Assembly (NCBI GenBank): GCA_026023565.1 | Contig: JAPETS010000010.1 | Location: forward strand, 620,001 to 684,000 | Length of the DNA stretch: 64,000 nt | Reading direction: 5' to 3' | Source of the DNA: Cirrosporium novae-zelandiae | Lineage: Eukaryota | Part shown: positions 37,849-50,084 of the stretch, piece after piece | Numbering within the stretch: position 1 is the stretch's first letter | Layout of the letters: each line of letters starts with the position of its first letter | Program-made: the position numbers and the translations under genes | Notes under the pieces: model-generated | Database searches by the model: none | Seen by the model: the letters and a program-made list of their open reading frames with translations, nothing else | What the model was told of the DNA's origin: nothing

Positions 37849-40800
37849 TTATGAAACTTTCTCATCCAACACCGATTCTACTGTATCGATGATATCCCAG
37901 TTATCTTCTTCTTCTTCTTTTTCTAACTCCTCTTCGTCTTTCTCCCAAGGCGGGTCGATGCATGCGAGGAAGCCTTCGAAAGGATATCGGTCATATGTTG
38001 TCATCATAGCTATGCCTTCGACGACGGCGGCTTCGTCACCCTGTTTACCAAATCCCTCCAGCTTTTCCATCCACATCTCAACAAAAGCTTCTAGGGGACC
38101 CTCATAAGCTGCAAGTGATTCATCGTACGATTCCATGTATTTCTCAAGTTGGTCGTGGAGCTCCTCCTCCTCATCCTCGATTTCTTTTCGGTTTTCTTCG
38201 TCTAGAGGAGGGTAGGGGTAGGGTCCACTTGTCGCGCGGGATCGGCATCTACAGCAGGTGTGTGTTAATCCGTATCCCTCAAAAGCAAGGAGGCGGATCA
38301 CATCGCGGTGAATGAGTTTTAGAGTTTGAGAACCGCTGAAAATGTTGCACCATTTCATCAGTCTCTTGAACAGCAGGCCTCGACACCAATGGCCTTGGAG
38401 ACTATCGCCAACCTCATTGCATGGTTCATTCTCGCTGGAGGGAGACTTAGAGAATATTGATGTGGCTGTGCAGCCAGCTGGTGAGCATTTACATTTGCAT
38501 CCATCGCGACTTGAAAGTAGGAGGATGTCTGCTCGAGGTGCAGCTTTGTCCACTAAGGATGGCAGTGAGACATAAGACTGGGAAACTTCTCGCGAAAATG
38601 GGTGGTAGGAGGGCCATAGCTGCTCAGGCAAAACCGGGTCGGGCTGACCCTTGGACATAGCCTTCCTTAATTCTTGAAAGTCTCGATGCGACTGTAGTGG
38701 ATTTTTATCTGGCATGGAATTTGTCAAGTCCGTCATGTCATTGGCTTGCATCCAGTCCCAAAAAGCACTGGAAGGTTTTCGAGCCTGAGGACAGTAACCG
38801 CAAAGGCTTTTTAGAAATAGTTTTACATTAGTGATGAGCTGAGAACTGCTTGGAAGTTGCGGCATCGTTATAGTATCCGAATAGTGGCGATACAGATTGC
38901 GAGAGGAAGAATGATTTGAGCAAGACATATTGACAAATAGATGCCATGCGTTGAACATCCTGGCAGGGCCAGGAGCCAAGGGATCGCAATCTTTCTGTAG
39001 AAAAAATTTCATAAATTCTGATTTTTGGGTTAAACAGGAGATCATCAATGGCGTATATCCATTCCAATCGAAAGAGTCAACGTCCTGGAAACCTAATGCA
39101 AAGACTTTCTGGAGGATTTGGGGAGAAGCATTTACCGTCCCCGAGTATGCAAGGGTATGATAAACAGTAGGCGCACCCCAAGATGATAGACCTTGTGTAA
39201 TATCTAGTCCGCGCTTCTTGCATATATAGGCCAATGGAAAGCCGAGTTCATCTAATACTCCATCACCTAGTGATCTCGAAAGTGACAAGGAATCTTTAGA
39301 CATTAGAGTAGATAAAATAGAGGCGAGGAAACCTTCTCGCTGCTCAATAAAGCTTTTAAGGACAACATCCTGTATGTCGTCTGTGCTCTCCATCAGATGG
39401 ACGAGTAGCTGGGATGGAAAAAACCTCTGATTTCCTTCCTTCGGAGGGGTGTCAAGTGGGGAATGAGCGTCGAGTAACAACTTGACATCTTCATAGCACC
39501 TTGCTAAGATGGCATAATGAAGTGGTAGATATCCATGCTTATCCTGAGTGGTGACATCAACACCCGCCTCAATCAGCCGCTTCAGCCCAGGGGTGAAGCC
39601 AACAGCAAGATGGAGCGGGGTTTGCCCGGATTTATTTCGCTCTTCTAGTGGTGTTTCTTTGGCGATGAGAATATCTAATTCTTGTAAGAAGCCGTTTATA
39701 ACAGCCCAAGACACAGGACCACAATCTTTGGCCAGAGATGAAGAATGTCAGCCAGTTATCATTGCCAGTAGAGCTAGTTTGACTTACCAGTAGCAGCTTC
39801 CGGCCATTCACGAAAGAACTCTGGCATCTCAAATTCTGATAGTCCAAAGAAGAACTTGTTGCTGTATATATTAGAATTGTCTATAAATTCATAGCCGTTA
39901 TCTTTTAACAAAGAAGTCGTAATTAACTTTTTAGAACGTTCCCGTTCAAGAGAATTTGAGTGTTTATCGAAATTCCATGACAAGAGAGCCAAGGATGCAC
40001 TTTGAGAATCGTCAGTTATAGGTAGCCAAAGCAAAGTTGGTAGATTGAAAGCCGTGCGAGTAAAAAGGTAAATTGGACAATCATAGAAATTATCACATGT
40101 CACCACTTAAAGCTATTGGAGATCCATTCAGGATAGAGCATATTTCTCTAGGATTATATTAGTCCCCTGACAGCGATCATTACTAACTAGGGTTCCCAAT
40201 CAACCAAATCCAACTCAAATTGGACTTCAAGATGTAATTATTGTAAATTCGGCGGCCCCACTTTAAGCTCATTGGTAACGGTTAACTTGCAAGCATTCGG
40301 AGCAGATTTTAGATATGTGAATTGAGAAAACCGAAACTTGGATGGGTACGCAAATTTAAAATGATATCAGCCTACCTTTCATGTATGGGAACCACGTCAA
40401 AAAGAAAGCGAATCACTTCCATGACAATATCGGAGCTAGCATCTTGGAAGGCTAGCAGAATTAAGGCTACCTGTAGTAGGTAAGTAGCTTGACCGGTGAA
40501 GTAATAGACAGTTCATACTGCTAGGATATCTACTCCGAAGTTCTCCTCTAGATCGGTAGGAGAGGATTTTCCACTTCTGAAGATCTCTAAGAGTTCTTTT
40601 AGTTTCAGCCTTACCTGTCTAGCCTTATCGTCATGGCCAGCATTAGGTACGGAAACAATTTTCTTTATTTCCCGCATTAATAGAAAAGCTGGCGATTTGG
40701 ACATTTCAACAATTGGCCGTGCCCGAATCAATAGTGGCTCTATCGAGAGACCGCCGGCACCTTTTGAGGACGAGAAAGTCATGCTAATGGTCTTCGCTAA

Positions 40801-41728
40801 CAACCAGTTGGGAAACGTCCAATGAAAATCACATTTAGTTTTGGTTGGATATCGAAAACGTAGAGAGCAATCTTCGGTATGCTCCTCTGTTGTAGAGTAA
40901 TTAAGACCAAGGAAATTCACCTGCCTATTTGTCTTTACCCTTCTGCATTTACATAAAGGTATCAATTCACTTTGGAAGCCATGTAATTTCATCGATGATG
41001 GGATCTCCATAGCTTCTAACTTTTGAGCGTTGTTGACTGTGGTATTGCAAATTTCTTTAAGAAGACTGGGTGTCGCAGCTAATTGGGACTGCGAAAGCTG
41101 CAAAGCACGAAGATCAGAAAGAATGACTGTGTATTCCTCTGAAGACGATGGTTTGGATGGAACTAAGACATATGAATCGTGGGATAGCCTCTCTGATTTG
41201 GACGCCATGTCGCCAATTCGGTGCCTATTCAGTTGATATCAAATAAAACGGATTTTCTTAGTGCTTGTAGTTGAGCAAATGGCTTACGTTTGGATGATTT
41301 GGAGCGCAAAGCTCACGTTCTCTCGTAATCCTGATACGATTCTTTGTACCTTGATCAGTGCCCTTGATTGAAAGAGTAATAAGCCCGTCGTATTTGCCTC
41401 ACAATCTTGGACTTGACATCCAAGGTTAGGGTTTGCTTCTTTATCTTGTTCAACCTTTGCCGTAATATGTCCAGACTGGCAGAGCGGCACTCGATTCTGG
41501 TCTCAACATGTGATCTCAGCTCTGCTAGAATGTATGGGTCCGGCTCCATCAAGGCAGTCTTCAAAAGTTTGAGTCTCTGAGTCTGGTAGTTAGGTTACAA
41601 AAACATCCAATATTCTCATCATAGCCTTTCCGGGAAGAATACTAGGTCAGCAGGCCATCGCATATACTTAGACTAAACCAGGGGAAATAACGCCGGCTGC
41701 ATTCATAGCCAGAGACAGAATCAGGCAT
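37849..41728 (-). pseudogene. Large ankyrin-repeat gene with helical fungal N-terminal domain and Cys-rich C-terminus; 5' half disrupted
   Basis: N-terminal AAGVISPGL..CDGLLT*YSSRKGYDENI..RAYYSF..LRENVSFALQ with stops and frameshifts (41285-41728); stop TGA at 40379-40381 in a modelled exon; intact 621-aa ORF with ANK repeats (GQTPLHLA, GYLPLHYA, GYTPLMIS) and DGCKCKCSPAGC..LTHTCC..EIEDEEEEL. Confidence 0.7.
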
Positions 41729-42517
41729 GACCAGATTTTTGACGTCAGAAGCTGACTAGTACATAAGCAAGGCTGACTGTTGAGGCTTTAGGCCTTATTG
41801 ATAGATACCAAAGGTAATAAATAAGCCGAGTACAGAAATAAGAGAGCTTTTTTTCTCCAAAAGCCTGATCAATAGCACATCTCGAGAGTATGAAATTCAA
41901 CAAACAGACCAAAAGAGAAGGTAGGAAAAGGAACAAGGCAATTGAAAGATTGCATTTTCTTAGGTGCTTCTAACAAGAGCAGATGAAGATACAAAGACTT
42001 CGGATAAATCAAGGCTGTGTCAACTTTCTCTGACCTAAATCGGAGACCAACAAGGCCGATTTTGATATTCCTCTCCAGTCAATGAAAAATTTACTGTGGT
42101 CAACTATTGATAAAGGTGAATAATACAATTATTGAATTAAAACTTTGATTTTTCTTTAGCTCTGTATAGCTAAAGTCAAGACTGGCTTGTATGTCGTTAC
42201 AAGCCCCCAATAATGCCAATTCGATGGTATTGTGCCACCCTCTAGACATCGTAACCACCTTCCCAGCGCCTTGCAATGATCGCTCTTGAAATGCAAACCA
42301 AAATCATTTAAGCGTCGCTAGAATCATCCCGAATAACAAGCAAATCATCATCATGCCATACCGAGGCAGCTCGAGCCCATCCAAAAACAAGTTCCGCCGT
42401 CGAGTCTGTTGCTGGACAAAATTTCCCCTTAAATGCACCATCGAATATAGGCACCCGTCCCGGGTATGAGATCCCATACCAATTAAACGTAATCTTTGAA
42501 ATCGGAATTGATAGCCA

Positions 42518-44481
42518 TTATCGGATGACATGTTCTGCCTCCATCCTTTCCATCCCAGCCAAGGAACCTCCTCCCTTCTTCTTGAAACAATTCCAAAATC
42601 TTAATGTCTCATCACCAGCGCCCGTAACAATGGTCTGTCCATCTGGACTCATTGCCAGATAAAGAACTCGAAATGTGTGCCCGGTGAGACTCACAACTTG
42701 ATTCATCTTCGGGTATTTCCAAACCACGATTTGATTTTGCGAGTAGCCGTGCGTCGAGACAATCTCATTGCTATTTTTTGACCAAGCCAGGTTGCAAACT
42801 TGGGATCCAGTGTCAAGACTTTGAATGAGTGAACCGGTTGAGGTGTTCCAGAACTTGATAGTTCGATCTGCAGTACCACCGCCGGATGCGAGAAGATTAT
42901 GTTGGTGAGGAGACCAAGCGATGGCTTTGACAGCCGCATTATGTTCGCTGAGCTTAAATAAAGGTTGTGCGTTTAGCTTGTCCCACACTATTAGCTTATT
43001 ATCATTCCCACCACTAGCTAATTGGCCATCTTCCGTGTTCCAACGGAGACCGCAAACTTCTTGCTTGTGGCCCGTAAGCCGATAAAGCCATTGATCCGGA
43101 GAACGGACATCACGATGAAATATGGACCGGTCGCGAGAACCAGAGGTAAGGATATGTTCGTTCCAAGCCAAAGCACCAACTCTAGCTGTATGACCAGTCA
43201 TCGTTCGGAGTCGACGACATCGTTCGGCATCCCATATTTGGACATAGCCTTTGTTTGTTCCGATTGCTAGATGAGAACCCTGGGACATTGATCAGCAAGT
43301 CGCTGAATTCTAGGCCACCAAGGGGAATCTTACCCTCTGAATCCAATTTACACTTGTTATTGAATCATCTTGCAGTTCGCATAGCCTGTTGACCCGTCCA
43401 GTTTGTGCATTCCACATATAGACGCTTGAACCTAACCCCACACCTAGTATGTTTGTTGAACCCCAATCTACCAAATTTAGATAGAAATCATCTGCAAGAT
43501 CAGGCGCATCAAGAACCTTGTAAGGCACCTTGCTGATAGCTCTTGGCTTATTTTGCGGATTCAGTATGATTTGTTGACTATTGAATCGAATTGGAGAGAC
43601 ACTGTATACGTCAGATGTAACATCGAGATTGATCCCACGTTGACTTTGAGGGGTACGAGACGGAGTTGGATGTCCGGATATGCTGTGATGTCGAGGAGAA
43701 CGATATGAGAAGAGGTTTTTATGAGGGGTTGAAGGTGTTAGGCTGGCAGGAGGAAGTGCAGCGGCAGCCCCATAGCTTGGAGGGGTATATGATCGAGAAG
43801 GGTCGTGTATTCGGGTGGAGCTGTTTGATGTGGGGGCTGAGAGTTCGGGAGAAAAGGGTGGTGGTGTAGGTTGTGGCACGGATCGATCAAAAAATTCCGA
43901 CCGCAAGAGTGACGAATATGTGCGATTGGCTTCCTCGGCTGTAAGAGTTAAAATAAGTATAAAGCATAAAACATGATTTAATAAGATGTAAACATAGATG
44001 GTATACTTTTTTGAAAATGGAGTTCGCCATGAGGCGGCCTTTGCTTCCGAGCTCTGGAAGGTGTTGCGGGGGAGCCATCGTCATGCAACAAGCTATACCC
44101 AGCTTGCAAATCTTGACCCTCTCTGTTCGGTATAAATCTGAACTAAAAGTCAGCATGGATTCAAGATGCATCATTTCCCCTTCTTTCCACTCGCTTCCGC
44201 AACCTAGGTCATTTATATCTTAGAAATCTTACATACCTATCACCATATATTCTTTGTCTTTTTCTACTTGGGCTTGCGCCCGGTGTTCGTTCTCTTTGCC
44301 TTCCAGCTTCTTCAAACTCCTTGAGCGCTCGGTTCAAGGCATCCCCATCCACAGGATCAGAGTCGCTTCTTGTCTGGGCGTTGATTCCAACTCCATGGGA
44401 ATGAGTCCGTTTACCCGTTGCCGGAGGTGGTGATCTCACCCGCGGTGGTGACATACTTGACGGTGTATGTGGCCGCTCCAT
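42518..44481 (-). CDS. CDH1: APC/C activator Cdh1/Fzr (WD40)
   Basis: C-box GDRFIP across an intron, KVPYKVLDAPDLADDFYLNLVDW, WD40 repeats, LASGGNDN, SGGGTADR, C-terminal IR tail. Confidence 0.96.
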
Positions 44482-45520
44482 AGTTGGTTGTGAGATGAAA
44501 TAGATTGTTGGAGTGCGAAGCTTTGTCGTCCCGGGCGTTTAAAGCAAGATTCGAGCCAGCTGAATGTAGAAGTGTTTTTTGGTCGAGGTCAAAGTGAATA
44601 TCTGCGGAGAGTATAGTTGAATTTCGAGGATTATGAGAGAATGTGAGGTTGACTGAGATCAAACGGCTACAAGTGAATGAACCGGCGGGCTTTCAATTGG
44701 CGAAGGCTGGTACCAGGGTGCACTTCAAAAAGCAGACAACGCTGAAAGCCAAATAAACAGAGTGTATTGACTACGGCATGAAAATCATCATAGGCGCAAC
44801 TTGTCGCAATAAGTAATAGGTGGTGGAAGGGTGTAGAGGGTAGATGAATTGTAGTTCGGAGGGGCTGGTGGTGGTGTTGATAGCTTTGATTGCACGCTGC
44901 CAATCTTGGAGTTCCTGCCGAACGAACGGGCTGGTGGAGAATCAAATCGGAGACAAAGCAGGAATAGTCAGGCAAGGCGAATATTGTAGCAATAATTGGT
45001 ACCAGAAGTCCGTCACCGTGTATCTTTTTTTTTTTTCAGTTTTCAAACAGCATCAAGAAGGAGAGGGATATGTTGAGGGAACAATTGTCCCTTGGTTGGG
45101 GGGGGGGGGGGGGGAAGTTTAGAGGGAAACCTGAGTGTTGTTGTTGGTGTTGGTTGTGATTCTCAAAACGGCAGATGACAAAGGCGAGCGCGTGGTCGCT
45201 TCGGTTTAGTCTCGCGTTTAATACATTGACTCCCGCCGTATTGTCATAATTACTTTTTATTTCTTTATTTGTTTATTTATTTTGAAAAAGAAAATATAAA
45301 AAATCACTGGAAATGGACATTATCACTATGTTTCTTATTATCATGGTATCATGGATATCCTATGAAAGAGATCTTTCACAGTAGGGTCAAGTTCTAAAAC
45401 GTTGAATGGGACATGACCGACAAAACATTGTGTTTGAAAAACGCGAGACTTTACGAACACGATTGGATAGAAATTGGACGTATTTCCTCAGGGGTTCCGA
45501 CGCTTTAAAGGTTGGATCCT

Positions 45521-45558
45521 TTGATTCGGTTGATTCGGTTGATTCGGTTGATTCGGTT
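45521..45558. repeat. 9-bp tandem repeat (TTGATTCGG) x4 in the divergent CDH1/aminopeptidase promoter
   Basis: ttgattcgg ttgattcgg ttgattcgg ttgattcgg tt. Confidence 0.85.
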
Positions 45559-45911
45559 GGCTAATCAAAGATTAATTATAAACACTAATCCTATTTGGGA
45601 TAAAAACAAGACCACCATCGCGACCTTTGTTATCAATTAGTATACGAAACTAACTGATATCACCAGAACGTGCATCGGACGCGTTGAAGTGGCATCTGAT
45701 AAGCTAACTATTTCTGGTCCATGAACCTCCACTGTCAAATACTGTAGTTATATAGTTAGATAATTAGTGATTGTAATCTAAAGGATCTTCGTCAGATCTG
45801 TGAAGTAAATGTAGAGTAAACGCTCGGACCAAGTTCCCCAAGACGTACTTCCCATCATCCCTCCCATCATCATCTTAACTCAACTCTACTAACTGACCGA
45901 CTTTGTTGTTC

Positions 45912-47824
45912 ATGACTCGACCCTATTTGATATCAACACCTTTACTCTTCAGGCATACTATATCCTCCTTATCGAGAACCCCACTTGTCTATAACAAAAT
46001 TTCTCCCCTCTTTGGTTTTTCTACACCCAAACGATCGGTATCAGCAATGGCCTTATCTGCAGAAGCTGCCCATGATTTCATCTCCTTCGTCAATGCGTCT
46101 CCTACCCGTATGATCAACCGTTTCTCCGATTCTAAACACAATTAACATCTTAAAGCTTTCCATGCTGTCAATTCTGCAAAAGAGCGTCTGGTCAAGGCTG
46201 GCTTCAAGGAAATAAAGGTTGGATGATGACTATTTCCACTGGGAAGCATGGAAGCTGACATTGATCACCAGGAACGAGACTCATGGTCTTCCACGTGCGG
46301 GCCGGGAGGGAAATACTACCTGACAAGAAATGGCTCCTCGATAGTTGCATTCGCCATAGGCAAAAAATGGAAGGTTGGTCCAGATGATGCCAACTAGGCT
46401 TTCGAAATGGAACAACATGCTGAACCGAGTTATTAGTCTGGCAACCCTATCTCCATGATAGGAGCTCATACAGACTCCCCAACTCTCCGTATCAAACCTG
46501 TCAGCAAACGTCAGAGTGATGGATTCATTCAAGTCGGTGTAGAAACATATGGTGGAGGATTATGGCACACATGTTGGTTCCATCATGGATCTAGTCTTGT
46601 CTGATGCGGAATAATGCTGAAGGACTATAGGGTTCGATCGAGACCTGGCTGTTGCGGGGAGAGTCATGGTCAAGACATCCAATGGAGATTTTGTACAAAA
46701 GCTAGTCAAGATCGACAGGCCAAGTAAGAATCCATTAAGGCTACGCTTGGAAATCGAGACACTAATTCTTGACTCCAGTCCTTCGGATACCAACCCTAGC
46801 CATCCACCTTGACAGACAAGAGAACTTTGTCTTCAACAAGGAGACCCAGCTCTTTCCCATCGCTGGTCTCGTCGCCGCAGAGCTGAATCGGCAAGGGAAG
46901 AAATCTAGTGAATCCGGGAAAGAAGAACCAGCTTCAGAGGATGGTCCCATCGAGCCCCTCAAGGCCCTCACCAAACGCCACCACCCCTATATCATCACCC
47001 TAATTGCCTCCGAAGCAGGTGTGGAAGAAGAATCAATCATTGACTTTGAGCTTGTCCTCTACGATACCCAACCCGCGTGCGTCGGTGGCCTCAACAACGA
47101 ACTCATATTCTCTGCTCGTCTCGATAACCTCAACATGTCTTATTGTACCACCGAAGCTATGACTAGATCTGTCTCCTCCCCCTCCTCCCTCGACAACGAC
47201 CCCACTATCCGTCTCATGTCACTCTTCGACCACGAAGAAATCGGTTCGCAAACCGCCCAAGGCGCACACTCGAACCTCCTCCCCGCCGTGCTTCGCCGCC
47301 TCTCCGTCCTACCTCCCACATCCTCGTACGACTCAGAGAAATCCTACGACAAGGTCATCGAAGCTGAAATCTCCACGGCCTACGAGCAAACGCTCTCAAC
47401 ATCCTTCCTCATATCTGCAGACATGGCACACTCCGTCAACCCCAACTACGGCGTGAAATACGAATCTGAGCACCGACCGGAAATGAACAAAGGCACTGTG
47501 ATCAAAATTAACGCCAACGCCCGGTACGCCACCAACTCCCCCGGCATCGTCCTCCTGCAGGAAGTCGCCCGACGCGCAAAAAGCGGGAGTGGTGTCCCCC
47601 TCCAACTATTCGTCGTGCGCAACGACTCGTCCTGCGGAAGCACGATTGGTCCCATGCTGGCAGCTGCCCTGGGTACGAGGACATTGGATCTCGGGAACCC
47701 CCAGTTGAGCATGCACAGTATCCGCGAGACTGGCGGGGTATACGATGTCGAGTATGCGATTGGATTGTTTGAGAGTTTCTATGAGCACTTCCCGGAGTTG
47801 GAGGGGAAGATCCTGGTTGATTAG
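45912..47824 (+). CDS. APE4: Aspartyl aminopeptidase (M18 family)
   Basis: [90 protein letters not shown]; multi-exon; second in-frame ATG at 46047. Confidence 0.95.
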
Positions 47825-48166
47825 ATAGATAGATGGATCTATATGAAGGTTGGAAGGTTGGGGACGTTGGTTGTTTTTAGGGGATCTGAGAAAGGGAATT
47901 TAACGTATTATGATTATATGAAGTTTATATATATGATCTGAATACTATATGATCTAAATACAATATTATTTTGAGATAATCTCTCTATAACTAAGAAGGT
48001 GAGGCTTTATGCTCTATCATAACGCGTCTCTTGTATCATTCTACTCTCGTAACTTCATGCAAAGAAGGGAGAAGGTCTATCTACTCTATAAAATCTATCC
48101 CACACAACCTCCGTGTATGTCATATGCACGCACACGCACTCTCACACACACACATCACTCATCTCC

Positions 48167-49510
48167 CTACGCAACAAGACTTAAATCCCCAATCTTCTCC
48201 AAATAAGCCTCAGGAACCACCTCCCCGGTGCCCTCCCCGCCCTCCGTCACAAACTCCTCCCTCTTCGCCACCCCCGTCAGCACCAACAACGTGCCCAACC
48301 CGCCCTCAATCCCAAACCGCATATCCGTATCCAACCGATCCCCCACCATACAGGTCCTCTCCTTGTTAAAATGCAACTTCCCCTCTAGCGCTTGCATCAT
48401 GACCTGGCTAGGTTTTCCACACTGTTCGGGGTCCTCGCCGCCGAATAATCGGATTAGGGGCGCCATGACTGCACCGGCGCCGGGGAAGAGCGCGCCGGCG
48501 CTCGGTAAGGCGACGTCGAGATTTGTGGCTAGGAATTTTGCACCCTTCTGTGTTACGTAGTGGTATGCTAAACTCAGTTTTAGGAAACTGAGATGGAAAT
48601 CTAACCCTGCGAGCACGAGTCCCACCTCGGGATCCAACGCGCTGCCATCGGCAATGGCCTGGAAGTCTGCAGGTGTCATGTCGCGTCGTAGCGAAGGGTC
48701 AGTACCGCCGATGAAGGAGACGCCCTCACTAGCGAGCTCAGCTTCGATGCCGGCTTCACCCAGCACGAAGACTTTTTGTTTGGTGGGGGGCAGAGTTAAG
48801 ATTCGAGAGATGTAGATTGCGGCGGAGTAGGCGGAGCCGAAGAATTCGTCGGGGGTGGCGGGGATGCCGAGGGCGTTTAGTTTTTTTGCATAGTCGGCGC
48901 GGGATTTTGTGCTGTTGTTGGAGACGAAGACGAGTTGTTTTCCTGGGAGGGGGTGGAAGGTTAGTATGGGGGGGAGGGGAGAGGTGGATAGGATAGATGG
49001 CTTACCTTTTTTCCTCAGCACATCTAGACCTTCTACGGTTTTTTCAAAGAGGTGTTCGCCGGACCAGAGGACGCCTGTTCTTTTGATTTTCCTTTAGTGT
49101 TTATGTTTCCTTCTTTCTTCCTCTCTTCTCATGCTGTAGGATATGTCCTCGAACGAAGGAGGGGCGGTAGGAGTGGGGGGCCAAAGGTGAAGGCAAGAGG
49201 GACGGAGGGGAAATATATCTTATCGAAAAACTAACCATCGCAATCAATAAGGAAGACCTATACTCCCCAAAAACGGGCATTCGTTAGCATGCTTCCATAT
49301 TATCACTCCAAAAAAATCAATTAGTTGCCTCCCCTCCCCCCAACACACCTCAGCGCATACGCTGCCACTGCTGCTGCCGCTACCACATCTTTAAATGGCG
49401 AGGGTGGGGGTTTATGGATTGGTATTATGCGCACATACATCATATTTATCGATAAAGGCATTGATAGCCTCGGGGTTTCCACTCAAGGCTTTTGGTGTTA
49501 TTATCGCCAT
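48167..49510 (-). CDS. PHO13: HAD-IIA 4-nitrophenylphosphatase / phosphoglycolate phosphatase
   Basis: FIDKYDVFLIDCDGVLWSG (spliced), FVSNNSTKSR, FLATNLD, FPGAG, CGKPS, MVGDRLDTD, LLVLTGV. Confidence 0.92.
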
Positions 49511-50084
49511 TTTATTTTATTCTTCAGGTGTAGTGAAAAGAAGCAGAAGAGATTTGGGGAGGGGGGGAAGGTTGGAGAGAGGTGGTGAGATGATGGAAAT
49601 TATTATATGAGACGGTAGGTGGTGAGAGCGCGCCATCAGTCATTATTACTATTACATACCGTCGTAATTAACTGTATTGTATCGCGCGACTGCTTGGTTT
49701 GCCTGGTGGGGCCGAGGAGACGTTTGTGTAGTTTACGGATGTTACGTTGAGCGGGATCGGAGCGGAATTACGGGAGTTTGCGGTTGGTGACTGATGATTG
49801 TATACCGTAATTAATTATTTGATGACCGTAGAAGAAAGAAAGGAAAATTGATGACGATAATGATTATTTAAGAATCTAGTTCGTGCTAGGTTATCACGGC
49901 ATTTAAATTCAGGCCAGAAGATTCCTACAAGGGACTAAATACTGTTGTTGTTTACTTGAATAAATTCTAACATGCTGTTTCGTATACTCTGTGGCATCAA
50001 TGTAAAGCAATGTAATAAAAGGTTCTCTTGAAATCTCGCTCAAATCCATCATCATTACATGGAAGTCCGGTCATGATTTTTGGT

